Below are positions 1 through 11,465 of a DNA stretch of 64,000 nucleotides, one piece after another (positions within the stretch are counted from its first letter, which is position 1; each line of letters begins with the position of its first letter). The notes beneath the pieces were generated by a model. It was not told the DNA's origin. It searched no databases and saw only the letters and a list, made by a program, of their open reading frames with translations. The position numbers and the translations under genes were made by a program. The DNA comes from Epiperipatus broadwayi (taxonomy: Eukaryota > Animalia > Onychophora), in contig JAQFVV010000004.1 in assembly GCA_028023455.1 (NCBI GenBank), positions 1,488,001 through 1,552,000 on the forward strand, given 5' to 3'.

Positions 1-229
1 TTCAATTTTATTATTCATATCTTCTCTTAATTCTTTAATACCTCTATGTCTCAGCACTTGATTTTCTCATCTCATACCTCTACCCATCTCTTCTCATAAT
101 TCCAAGTTTATTATCCATATCTCTTTATATCCTCATATTTTCAAGTTTATTTATCTTATCCATCAATGCTCTCAGCATTGGATAGAGACCTTCAGGTTCT
201 GATAATGCTTCTACCTTATTGGTTTCCAT
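1..229 (-). pseudogene. Decayed gag-like N-terminus of the LTR element, running off the window
   Basis: ATG at 229 gives METNKVEALSEPEGLYPMLRALMDKINKLENMRI*RDMDNKLGIMRRD..., a coiled-coil-like sequence with stops, downstream of the PBS. Confidence 0.45.
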
Positions 230-675
230 CCTTTATTATTTTATAGCAAATATCCTTTTGGAAAAAAATATAAAATACTTTAATTTTATTTATTTTTCTC
301 ATAAAACATATCTACCCATTCAACCTTCCAGCCACAAAAAAAATCCACAAAGAATGACAACAGTAAAATTCTAGATATTTTACATAAACCCTTTAAAGTA
401 GTTTGAAGTAAAGAAGGGTTCCCCTCTTTTCTTCCATAGCGCAAGCTTGTGGTTAAAACACCTGTGGAGGTCCCTACTATCGCATGTTATACGCATATTG
501 TCGAGGTTATAGCCTCAGTAAATATTACTTACGTAATCAATGTGCGTTTAATAAATTTATAATTATAAACCCTTGATATAATACAGTCAGGTATAAAACT
601 CCATTAATGTATATAAATACAATATCTCATTTCAGCATATATATGAGTCTCAATCCTAGGTCTTTAATCGGTTAA

Positions 676-697
676 TCGAGCCCAAGTTGGCACGCCA
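676..697 (-). promoter_or_regulatory. Primer-binding site, tRNA-Lys(CTT)-like
   Basis: Minus strand TGGCGTGCCAACTTGGGCTCGA versus the canonical Lys1,2 PBS TGGCGCCCAACGTGGGGCTCGA, located 3 nt after a CA-ending LTR. Confidence 0.7.
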
Positions 698-700
698 TTT

Positions 701-1414
701 TGTAACATGATAAAAAATGATGATGATGGGAGATGATCAATCTAATCTGAATAAAACATAGCCTGATCATTGGTCACCATTTTGTAATGGACTATTGATT
801 ATAATATGGTATAATATAAACTTTACTATGCCTAAGAATTGAACCATTATTCATAATACTATAGATCTAACCTAAATGTGGAATGCTACTTTATAACTGC
901 TAAAGTTGATTTGGCATTTTATAATAATTACATGTACATGATCATCATTGGTTATCTATTTTGTCACAATAATAATGGATTTTCTATCTCACTATCTTTA
1001 CATTTGTTCAATCAACATTTATAAAGAAATACCCTCATGATTTATATTCTTCATTACAGAGCAAAACATACATTAACAAATAATAATTTACAACCTGTGT
1101 AAAGTTATCTAGCTCAGTTATCGATCACACTAGGCAATAACAATATTTCCCATACATAATTATTTTGATCGTCCACTACACTACATGAAATAATCCCTAT
1201 CAAAATATAATTTATCCAGATAGTATGTAAAATGAAATACAGCCAACTAGATCATTGCTCCAGACATCAACAAATCTATTCACAATTCCAAAGTAAACTA
1301 CAATAGGTGAAATTGTATATCATTGCCCTAAACAATGATGTATGATTGAGATATCTATTTAATCAATAATTGAATGAAACTCAATTTGAATCAATAACTA
1401 ACTTAATTCCGACA
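701..1414 (-). mobile_element. Putative 5' LTR of an LTR retrotransposon
   Basis: On the minus strand the segment starts TGTCGG (1414) and ends ...TGTTACA (701). It is followed after AAA by a PBS. The second LTR is not in the window, so the TGT start is inferred. Confidence 0.55.
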
Positions 1415-2387
1415 TTTTATGGATTTAATATTACTTATAGTAATTCAAATTTATTTTAATATTTAATGACATTTTATTTTATTTAAATAAACTAGTTTCT
1501 AAACAGCTATAATTATATTTTGAAAAACGTTTTATAAACCTACATGCTATTTATAATGCTTCAATAAAATAACTTACTCAGTTTTATATCTATTTTAGTA
1601 AAACAAATATAAACATTTTATTCATGCCCTACAGTAAATCAATATGCAATTATTGCTTCAGTTATATTCTGAAGTGAAATACTCCACAAGAATTTATTAT
1701 CAATAAATTCCACTAGATAATTTTACAGTATCCAATTACATTATATAAAATATACCCTAGGTTTCCATTGGATATTTACTGAATTACCATCACAGATCCA
1801 TTTAAACGCCAATCAATCAAATATAAAATGGACTTTAACAATTAAGCTATATATGACAATAATTAGCTGTTATCCAAGCCAAAGATAATATTTGGTTAGG
1901 ATAGTTAATGAAATTTATGATCTCTACTTCAAAATTTATAAAGTAGTTAATATAAGTCATTATGACTAATGATAAAACACAATCGATTAAGATTTTGTAG
2001 CCAGACAAGATGAGCAAATAAATAATCAACTCTGAGCTAATGAAATTATTTCTATTAATAATATTGATTTAAATAAGTAAACAAATATTTAAGTGCAGTA
2101 ATAAATATAAAATGTATATGTAATCTGATTTTTTAAAAATGATGTATGAAAATATACATATATCTAATTTTAGTTCACTTACCAAGGTGGATTTGATCTT
2201 GGGTCAAATTTTATTTACTAAAATTATCTTGCGCATTCAAATGAAATAAAATCAAACAGATTCGTCTGATTTTAAATCAACTCTGAATTTATTGGTTTAT
2301 AATAAAAATTATGGTATTTGTAAACTATTCACTGTACAGCCTGTGTTGGTGCTGTTTCTGTGTAAAAACATTGCGATAAAACATTAC

Positions 2388-2650
2388 CGGGCCTTTTTCT
2401 CTTAATTTATAAATATGGGGTTTTTTTTGGTGGCGGGTTTTGATTTTTTGTTTTTTTAATAATAACAAATAAAACGGGGTTTTGATTTTTTGTTTTTTTA
2501 ATAATAACAAATAAAACGGGACTTTTTTTCTCTCTTAGATTTATTAATACGGAGATTTTTTTGGCAGCAGGTTTTGATTTTTTGTTTTTTTTAATAATAA
2601 CAAATAAAACAGGGTTTTGATTTTTTGTTTTTTTAATAATAACATTAAAT
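2388..2650. repeat. Higher-order minisatellite (A-B-B-A-B-B)
   Basis: Four ~40-bp units GGGTTTTGATTTTTTGTTTTTTTAATAATAACAAATAAAAC interleaved with two ~45-bp units GGG(C/A)CTTTTT..TCTCTTA..TTTAT..ATA.GG.G.TTTTTTTGG, giving two ~130-bp super-units. Confidence 0.85.
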
Positions 2651-2699
2651 GTCAAAAAAAAAATTAATCGCGGTATTGTTTTTTTACCAAAAAAAATAT

Positions 2700-3359
2700 G
2701 TATGTTAGACCGGTTTTGTTACATTCTGTGGATTTATTTATTTATCTTTTTTAAGAATTGTACAAGTTTGTTAAAGATTTTTTGTTTTCATAAATAAAAC
2801 GTCGGTATTTTTTTTCTTTTTTAACAATAAAAATTAGGTCGGGTTCATTTTTAAAATCTACTTAATGTGCTGTTTATTGATTTAGAACAACAAAAAACCT
2901 CTTTTTGCTTCTAAATGGAATGAATAGATATGTCAAAAGAAGAAGTATTTTTTTTACACACACAAAAAAAATCAATCAATCAAGAGATGTCCAAAAAACT
3001 CTGCCGCCCCTTTTTAACACTGTCATTCTGGGTGTTAATTACATGATTTACAGATCCAAATAATCGCAAACAAAACACAAATTCTTTCCAGAAAATAAAT
3101 TTATTAGCCATTTATGACTGAACTAAATCAACTGTAACGAATCTTCCAACATTTTAAAAAGTCATACAACTTGTTAGTGAGTTTGGAGATGGGTGGAGTC
3201 TACAAACAGCCAAGTCTGCTGTGTGAGATTCATTGATTTTCCACATTCACATGTAATGGCATGCGGCAGGATGTTTTAGGCTTGCAGAAATGCAACTGCC
3301 TCACTTTCTCTGTTTGGGACATCCCACAAATGTAATAACGTGGTAGACATTTTGTTCAT
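2700..3359 (-). mobile_element. Merlin/ISXO2(IS1016)-like transposase remnant
   Basis: MNKMSTTLLHLWDVPNRESEAVAFLQA*NILPHAITCECGKSMNL resembles Merlin transposase N-termini (LWDLP..EE.A..FLQ..GILP....C..G..M.L). The downstream match is poor and frameshifted. Confidence 0.5.
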
Positions 3360-3499
3360 TTTTTTCAACTCTCGTCCGAGTCACGACAGAAACGGTATTT
3401 TGCCGCAAACAACTCCAATCGTCTGCCAGAGAGCTTGAGATTTTTTTTTTTTTTATTTGACCCAAAAAAAAAAGCAAAATTAGCAAAAAAAAGAAGTTC

Positions 3500-3800
3500 T
3501 GACAAATATCAATAATATGCTGATAATTACTAATCCGCAAAAATCTTTCAGTTGGAAAATAAACAAAATCATAAACCTCGACAAATAAACCCTTGAAAAA
3601 GATGACAATTCTCATACTCTCATCTTAAATTCTAGCCACAATACAAATTTGGTCAATATGCATAGGAATTCAACCCGCAATGAAATCAACGGCAAACTAT
3701 ACGATCATAGTATTGTTAGTAGACGTAGTGTTGTGAATGTGGAAGAATTGGCCACATATTATAACCACTACATACGATCACTCGTATATTAGCCATAGGT
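3500..3800 (+). pseudogene. Possible Gag C-terminal remnant with zinc knuckle
   Basis: TGT TGT GAA TGT GGA AGA ATT GGC CAC ATA = C(C)ECGRIGHI, a partial CX2CX4HX4C with the last Cys missing, after an N/Q/K-rich stretch. Confidence 0.3.
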
Positions 3801-4399
3801 TCGGCCACGAAAGCGGTATTCTGTGTTTTTATGCAGAAACAGTGCCAACACAGGCTGTACAGAGAATAGTTTACAAATATCAAATTAGTAACAGTAATAA
3901 TAAAATAGAACATCAATCAATGTTTGGCAATAGACTAAAATCAATAAAAATAAAATCTATGTGTGTGGAACAAGCAAAATAAAAAGTGCTGCAAGTCAAT
4001 AACATTATAAAAACTGAAGGAGAGATTTTTATTATCTTCCTGAGATTTTAAATATGATAGATAATGAAAAAAAAAAGTGATCAAATAAAAATTGATTTCT
4101 ATTTCTTCGTTAATGTAATCTCTAAATAATTAAACCCAAAAAAAAAAGTTACATTTAAACCCTTTTCTATCCGATATTCTCAAGTTAAATTTTGAACATG
4201 CATTAAATTAAATATTTGAAGACATCGGGTCATCTCAGATAAGAGCCTAAATAATAACTAACTGAATCTCTCCAACCCTTTTATAGTGTAAATTATATCA
4301 TACCCATATATACTATTTATTTATGTTTTTAAAGTAAAATGTGAATACTCCCTTTCCTTTAATGGAAAAAAATATATGCATAGAAATCATATATAAATG

Positions 4400-6300
4400 A
4401 AAGTGTATCCATTTTCACTCACTATCCACTAATCCATCATAGCTTAACGATTCTTTATTTCCAATCCTAAATGTGTAGAGATGATTTTCCTTTAGTAGAG
4501 AAGATAAGCATGAGTGGTAACTAACACAGATTCAATTCATTTCATGTTTAATTTCCAATGTTTTCTTTTAAGTATATAAATATCATTTTCAAAAACAACA
4601 GATACAAAATTACACATCACTGGTTTTAATTTTCCTTTTTCATTGACAATAATGTTCAAAGAGAATTCCTTTAATGACAATCCAGTTATAATCAAGTGAA
4701 GAATCGATACTAGCTTTTTTTATTTTTTTGACTTACGAAAGTGAAGTTCAAATCATTTATTATCATACATAAGTTGAGTTAGTTGATCCTGTAGAATTCC
4801 TTGATCTGAAATATGATATCCATAGAAACATAATGGGGTTTATATCCATCACAAATAAATGAGTGCAATTCTGGATTTTTTCTTTAACCATGGAATATAG
4901 CTGTCCTACAATACAATGCATTTTGATGGATTTTTCTTCGACATTTTTGTCATTTCCCTTGGAATTTCATCAGCTAAAAACAGAGAAAAACATCTGTTCT
5001 ATGCAATGACAAAATGATACCTCAAATTATAGCCTCTCCATTCTATTTATAAGTTTTTCTTGATGATGTTATTCTTGTCATAACAACAGTCGGAAATCAC
5101 TAATTTATCTCAATGATGAACAATTTGTTCAAGAAAATTTTGCCTCCAAAGTGGGTGAAACAGAGATTTTAAAAAAAATTGGATACAGTGAAAATGGAAT
5201 CCAAATTCGATATATTTCATTTTTAAACCAAAATAAAGAACTCATCACAATTTTAATACATTTTAATATTGATATAAATATTTTTACGTTTTTTAATAAT
5301 AATTTTCCCCCAAAATAATTTACAAATATATGTGAAACATAAAACATTTAATTTTGTAATAGGTGTTGTTATCATGATTGCAATAACAGAAATTGAAATG
5401 TGTAATACTTACTAATAATGTTGATTTTATTCAAGTAATCTTTTATGAAACACTTAACTATTTCCAAAATCTATTTACATGTTTATATTTTTTTTCCTGA
5501 GATTGATCACAACAGATTTAGGATTTTGAAACTAGAATTAGCAGTAAACAATATTATTTTGAAGCATTGGATTGCCATAGTTATCTAGTTATTTGTATTT
5601 CAAGATCTCTATTATCCATGGACCGAGTGAAAAGAAAACTAAGCAAGATCAACAAACTTCTTAATTTTATTTTTTTTAATACATTGATCAACAGTTAATC
5701 TGAATACTTACAATATATTTATGACATTTTTTGATCTGAAACAAATTGAACAAAAGAAATCTCCAATGAAGTATAAAAAAAAACAAAAGTTAAAGAATAA
5801 TTTGATAACTTCATATCTAGACAAGACTTTTGATTTTGTAGTATTTTTTGCCATAGTTTTTGCTAAAATCTTTCTTATACTTCTAATTTAAATATGTTGC
5901 TTACTGTAACAAATTTTTATTTTAACAAAATACTCTGGGCTGCCTTTACAAAGCATAAATATGATTTTCTTTGTTTTTAAATGAGTTGCTGAGAACAAAC
6001 TGATTAAATAATTTGCAGCTTATTAATCATTTAAAAATAACTTTTTATTGTGAACAATATATAAGGATCCTGTTTATGTATTAATCAATCATGAGTTCAT
6101 TTTATGCACACAAAAAAATTCCCATTTTCAGTTCTGAACTCTTGATCATTAGTAGGACAATCTCTTAATAACTAATTGTAGTAATAATAAGTTTTCTTTC
6201 CAAGAGATTCTTTTGGAATAATTAATGTTTTTCAGATCATCTAGCCCAATCTAAATTTATCTTTGGAAAAGCCTGTTATTAAATTTAATTTGCAACTTTG
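4400..6300 (-). mobile_element. Highly decayed coding-like element, family unresolved
   Basis: Minus-strand pieces YIPWLKKK / ICDGYKPHYVSMDII resemble the pogo DDE_1 motif, and FSLFLADE resembles hAT. Many stops; spacing does not confirm either. Confidence 0.25.
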
Positions 6301-7618
6301 TTTAATCTTATAAAACCTTTTGTACATTTAATTTATTTACAATTTCATTTATTTATATTGTGTAATATATCTTTTATATAGAACTGTATACATTTTGTTA
6401 TTTTTTTGATTTACAATAGAATAATAAAAACGTGATTGCTTGTTTGCAATTTTTTTTTCATTCTAGATTTATAGGAAAGAGAAAAAAAGATTTGCTTTCC
6501 ACATTTATTTTTTGCTTTTTAATCATGCACAATTGTATTTATTTTTAATTTTTTTTAATAATATTTCTGTCACACATTCTCTGATGACCTAAATGCCAAT
6601 AAGTATTGATATTTTAAATATTTGTAAATAAAAATGTGAATGATTTATCATGGTTTTAGATCTGCTGCATCACAATCCCATTTGATTTTAAACTGTAGTG
6701 AATTAATTATGTTTAATTGTTTAAATGCTATGTGGAATCACATTGTATTATGTTTTCGTTCACCCTAATTAAATTTTTTACATTATAAAACATTTTCATA
6801 ACTATAGATAAAAGTATAGTTTTTAAAAAATTATTCAATTAATTTTACTTTATTGTCAATTTTTAATATTATAAGTTTTAACTTAAAAATATTCCAAATA
6901 AATTTTGTTTTGAATATATTGAACGATTAGGTGGTGCAAATAATAATTTATATATTTTCATTTTGTATAAATAATCAAACATTACTAATCAAAATTTATA
7001 GATTAGTTAGTCAAATTCACTGTTTAAACTTAATTCTATTTTACAATAATATAACTTAATCAGAATTTGTGTATTATTTAGAATACTTACTTGGCAATAT
7101 TTTTTAAAATTATTATTTATTGACATTTAATAGAATGCATGATTATATTTTAGAAAATAATACGTATCCCGGGGCAAAGCATGTCACTATTTAATTGCAA
7201 TAATACTCATGTAAATCTTTAAATGCTTATAAAAGAATATTATAACAAAATAAATGATTGTAAACTTTTATGCTACCACAGTCATTTTTTCCACACATTA
7301 GATATACTCATATATAGATGGATTATATTTAAAAATCTCACATTCTGACTATTAGTCAAAATAGTATTAACTTACTGACTCTCAATAAATACATTATTAT
7401 GAATTAATCAGAATTAATTAAATAAATTATTTAATGATTTAAAAATTGATTATATTTAAGAATATTCTATAGAAAAGAAAGCTGATAATCTAACTGTAAA
7501 GTAAATTGAGTTTTTAAAGTACATGACTCATGATATTCATGCACTTTGAAGATTTCCAGCTTTAAAATCCTAAATCATTCCTGACAGGCAAAAATTAGAA
7601 ATATCTGAGGATGTAGAT

Positions 7619-7982
7619 CAGGGGTCCCCAACTTTATGCCCACGGGCACCATGGTGCCCGCAGACCATTTTACGTGTGCCCGCCGCTATCGGAACACAAT
7701 AAAAAATTATTTATCTGATACAAATAAATTTAAGTTTTAAATTTTTTTTATAAATTATTGTATTGTAATCAAATTGTAGGAAATACTATACTTTTACAGC
7801 GTAAAAATATAAACATTAATTATATGTTAAAATTTTATTTTTGAAATAAATATTTTTTTGTACATTATGTGCATTATTAACCATATCCAACTATAAATTT
7901 ACATTGAAAAAATAAATGGTGCCCGCCACCTGGCCGGTATTATAGAATGTGCACTTAAGTGCAAAAAGGTTGGGGACCCCTG
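7619..7982. mobile_element. Young non-autonomous hAT (Charlie/Buster-type) MITE, 364 bp
   Basis: TIRs CAGGGGTCCCCAAC / GTTGGGGACCCCTG, perfect 8-bp TSD ATGTAGAT (7611-7618 and 7983-7990), repeated subterminal GTGCCCGC motifs, CpGs retained. Confidence 0.95.
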
Positions 7983-8100
7983 ATGTAGATAGTATAGCAC
8001 TATACTATCTAATGTCCATTAATTATTCAGACATACAGTAGATGGCTCTAAAATAGGGCAAAGGAAACTTGTTGGAAATATATTATTATTATGATGACCT

Positions 8101-8260
8101 GTATGTGATTTAGTGCAATGGTTAAATGATAGATTTTTGCCTAAAGATTTCTAGATCAAGGTTCAACCTGCCACTTAATGTTTCATTGGACATAAATCTT
8201 CCCCTTGCATCAGAACAGGAGTGCTAAACTAAATCTCATCTAATAGGTGTATAGTTATCG
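8101..8260 (+). mobile_element. Possible old tRNA-derived SINE
   Basis: A-box-like TAGTGCAATGGTTAA and B-box-like AGGTTCAACC about 45 nt apart; degenerate. Confidence 0.3.
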
Positions 8261-8526
8261 CTTTCTAATAATAAATTAATCATTTAGGGTACTTATTACT
8301 TATAACTACTATTTCAATGTAAGTTGTAATTAATTTGTAATTAAAATGTTTTTATTGTCAACAATTTTTATTTGTAATAGTGATGAATATGCTTTGGAGT
8401 ATGGATCCTGTAATGGAGGCTAACTATTGAAATCATATACAGTATTTGCCATTTTATAATTCTTTACCAAAATGAAATGTTAGTAATAGAATGCTAACAG
8501 TTATGTCTCTTACTGAATATATACAT

Positions 8527-8869
8527 AACAAAGACAAAACTCTCCATACAGTAGTGCCATCCTGTGCCAAACAGAGTAATCATTGGATGCCAGAAGGCTT
8601 GTGCATAAAATCCCTATCTAGTGACTACTCATCCAATATCTTCAGACTAGTTTCTGGCTTGTGGCCATCATCAGTGAGGAGCCTTGGATCTGAGAGCAAG
8701 ACAGAAACTAGTCTGGGGATATTGGACAAGTAGGCACTAGATAGGGATTTTATGCACAATCCTTCTGGCATCCATTGATTACTCTGTTTGGCACAGGGTG
8801 GCACTACTGTATGGAGAGTTTTGCCTTTGTTTACAACAATTATGTGCTAGTATAGAGATGGCGATCATG
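8527..8869. mobile_element. Family A HHR-bearing palindromic insertion
   Basis: Inverted arms 8527-8697 / 8702-8831, tail 8832-8869 on the right arm only, TSD TGAATATATACAT (8514-8526 / 8870-8882). Confidence 0.9.
8631..8689 (-). ncRNA. Type I hammerhead ribozyme, family A, core intact
   Basis: ATCCAA-GGC-TCCTCA-CTGATGA-TGGC-CACAA-GCCA-GAAA-CTAG-TC|TGAAGA-TA-TTGGAT: 4-bp stem II, palindromic ACTAGT, GTC triplet, two-part stem I with one mismatch. Confidence 0.8.
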
Positions 8870-11376
8870 TGAATATATACATATGTAATCTGTTTGTTTT
8901 TTTAATTTAATATTTTATATTCTTTAAAAATAACAGTTTTTGTTATAAAGTTAAATATGGGTTTTATATATAAAAGTTTTTTACTTAGAGTAATATTTTC
9001 TCACCAATTTAGACATATTAAAAAAAATGTAGAAATTGATATATTTTATTTTCTGGAAAACATTTTAATATTAGAAAAAAATCCATTTTAGATAGCACAA
9101 CAACAATATAAACAAATTATATTAAAAGATACACATTATCACCTTATACTGATTATAAAGAACAATGATAATTGGAAGAATAGTATATTTCATTTAAACT
9201 TTATTATGAAGTTATGTTGAAGGGAAATAAACTTTTCTATGATACCAATATAGTAGGTGCTCTTTATTCACTTTTTGTTGCAGTTTCTGCTTTTAATATT
9301 GTGTGAAGCCATACTATGAAAACTTATAGGTAAATTGAAGATTAAGCATACTTTATACATCATTAAATTCATAAATAATAGAACATATTTTTATAAATCC
9401 AAAAATGAATAAAAAAATAGATTTATACTTTTAGAATATTTATCATATTTAAATTAAATAGTTTACTTTTTATAAAATCATCTAAAAATAAATATGTAGA
9501 GTTGCTAAAATTGGAACTTTTATATGTATTTCATATTTGAAAAAATAAACATTTTCCTGTAATGTTAAATAGTTTTTTAGTTTTTACAAAGTAATCTAAA
9601 AATAAATAGATTTGTACAATAATAAAATATTCTTTGTTGTAAAATTGAATATTTACACATTTCATAACAAAAATTAAAACATTTTCCCATAATGTTAAAT
9701 ATAGACTATCGACCATCAAAAGCATTGGCAATTGAGGTTGAAGCCAAACTCAAACTTCTGTAGAAGATTAGAAGCACATTCCTTGAACTATTTATCTGGA
9801 TTATGTATGTCAGAAAATGTCTTGGCAAAAATGAATCGGATCTCATTCTAGTCTTTCTTCAGGATATTCACTCTGCTTATTTCCAATAATCAAAATCAAA
9901 ATTTTTCATTTTACACTTTATTTTTTATTACTAATCCAGTTCATTTTTATTGTACTATGTAATGATTAATTAATATCTTTTGCAAAAAATAAAATATAAT
10001 TTACAATTAATTTGTCCTTTAATATTTTTCACAAAATTTGACAATTACTGTTGATCTTATTTTTTGCCCATTCTGAAAGACAATTAAAAATTTGAAAGAC
10101 AAATAAGAAAATTAAAAGAAATTGTAATATACAATTAATAAAAAATGTCATTTATAATTCATTTATACTTAGTATTATATATTTTTACAAGACTCCAATT
10201 TGCAAAAACTGTTCAATTTATCAATTAATTTTCATATATGGCTTCAGTGGATAAAAGCAGAAAGACTGAAACAGAAAGTGAGCTTAGAGCACTTACTCCA
10301 CCAAAATTTTCTTATGTATTGTAAATTTATTAATTATAATTTTGTTTTGTTTTTACTATATATTATTTTTACATATATATTTATTACTAATAGTTATAAA
10401 TATTGGAAGGGCTCATCTTCTTATATGATATTAATTTCTGTTCTGCAATTAATATGATATGCAAAATTATAAATGAATTTTTGTTATGCACTTAACGACT
10501 TTTCTGAAAATTGAAGACAATCTGACATATTAAAAAATATATACTTTAGTTGATTTGCTGAAAACATTTTGTTGATTATAAAGAGTCTCCTGACTATGAG
10601 CTTGTTATTAAGTAATAAGAAAATATTTGATCATTGATTTTTCTATTACTTCTAAATAAATAATTTCTTGAACGAATTCTATTCATTCTTTCTAATTTTT
10701 GTAAAAATTAACATTTAATTAAGACATTTGATACTTGATAGAATTATATAGAAATTACTGAAATTGATCCTAAAATAAATATTTAATTATCAAAGAGAAT
10801 AATTAGTTTTCATGAAAACATTGATCATTATAAAATGTGATTATTTTCAATCTAACAAATTGTTTAATACTTCGCTGTTCCAACAAGCATATTTAATGAT
10901 TTTTTAAAAAATATTCCATTCTTAATTTTTTCCCCAAATTTAAAATTACATTCAGCATAAAATTTAGGTATTTTATTTGAATGAGATATATTATGGAAAC
11001 ATAATACAAATATTTGCCTTTCACATAAAGGATTTCACTAACCAGAATTAACATTAGAATTACATTTTTACTAGTTTTCCTTGTTTAAACAATGTTCAAC
11101 AATAATTAAATAGTTTATCGTTCATTAGTAGTTTGGGTACCAGAAGTGTCAGATGGGTATGATCAAAACTTTATTCAACTATTTTTCTACTGCAATAAAC
11201 AATGAAATGAAATGATTTTTATATTTTGGATCACTTGTACATGTTTATGTTATGGAATTAATGCTTTGTACAGTTTAGTGGTATGATAAGATGGCAGATT
11301 CAAAGGTTAAATTTCTATTGACCAAAGTTCAATATACCACATTTTTGCTTGAATGTAATTGATCACCCAAATAATA

Positions 11377-11465
11377 AAACAGGCAAAACTCATTATACGT
11401 ATTGGCACGCACAGCAAGCTAGAATAATCAAGCATAAGAAATGGTGATCATTTGATGTTTAATGA
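11377..11465. mobile_element. Collapsed family A insertion (arm start plus tail only)
   Basis: AAACAGGCAAAACTC... joined to the tail AAGCATAAGAAATGGTGATCATTTGATGTTTA; TSD CAAATAATA (11368-11376 / 11466-11474). Confidence 0.6.

Noticed and set aside
700-1400. Possible mitochondrial insertion (NUMT) or viral fragment
   Set aside because: No frame gave recognisable COX/ND or viral motifs; the LTR-PBS interpretation fits better.
2388-2650. CRISPR-like repeat array
   Set aside because: The units are adjacent with no unique spacers, the context is eukaryotic, and there are no cas genes.
4930-4980. CTGATGA...GAAA on the minus strand
   Set aside because: Stem I and stem II cannot be formed consistently.
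8491-8733. ORF-track proteins at 8491, 24469, 24619 and 41585 (…WMPEGLCIKS…)
   Set aside because: These are antisense read-throughs of the family A repeat, recurring only because the repeat recurs.
8527-8869. Classifying family A as a TIR MITE or Foldback DNA transposon
   Set aside because: Arm lengths vary between copies, the tail is one-sided, TSDs are long and variable, and an HHR is present.
9820-9870. CCTGAAGAAAGAC on the minus strand
   Set aside because: No GAAA or NUH in register.
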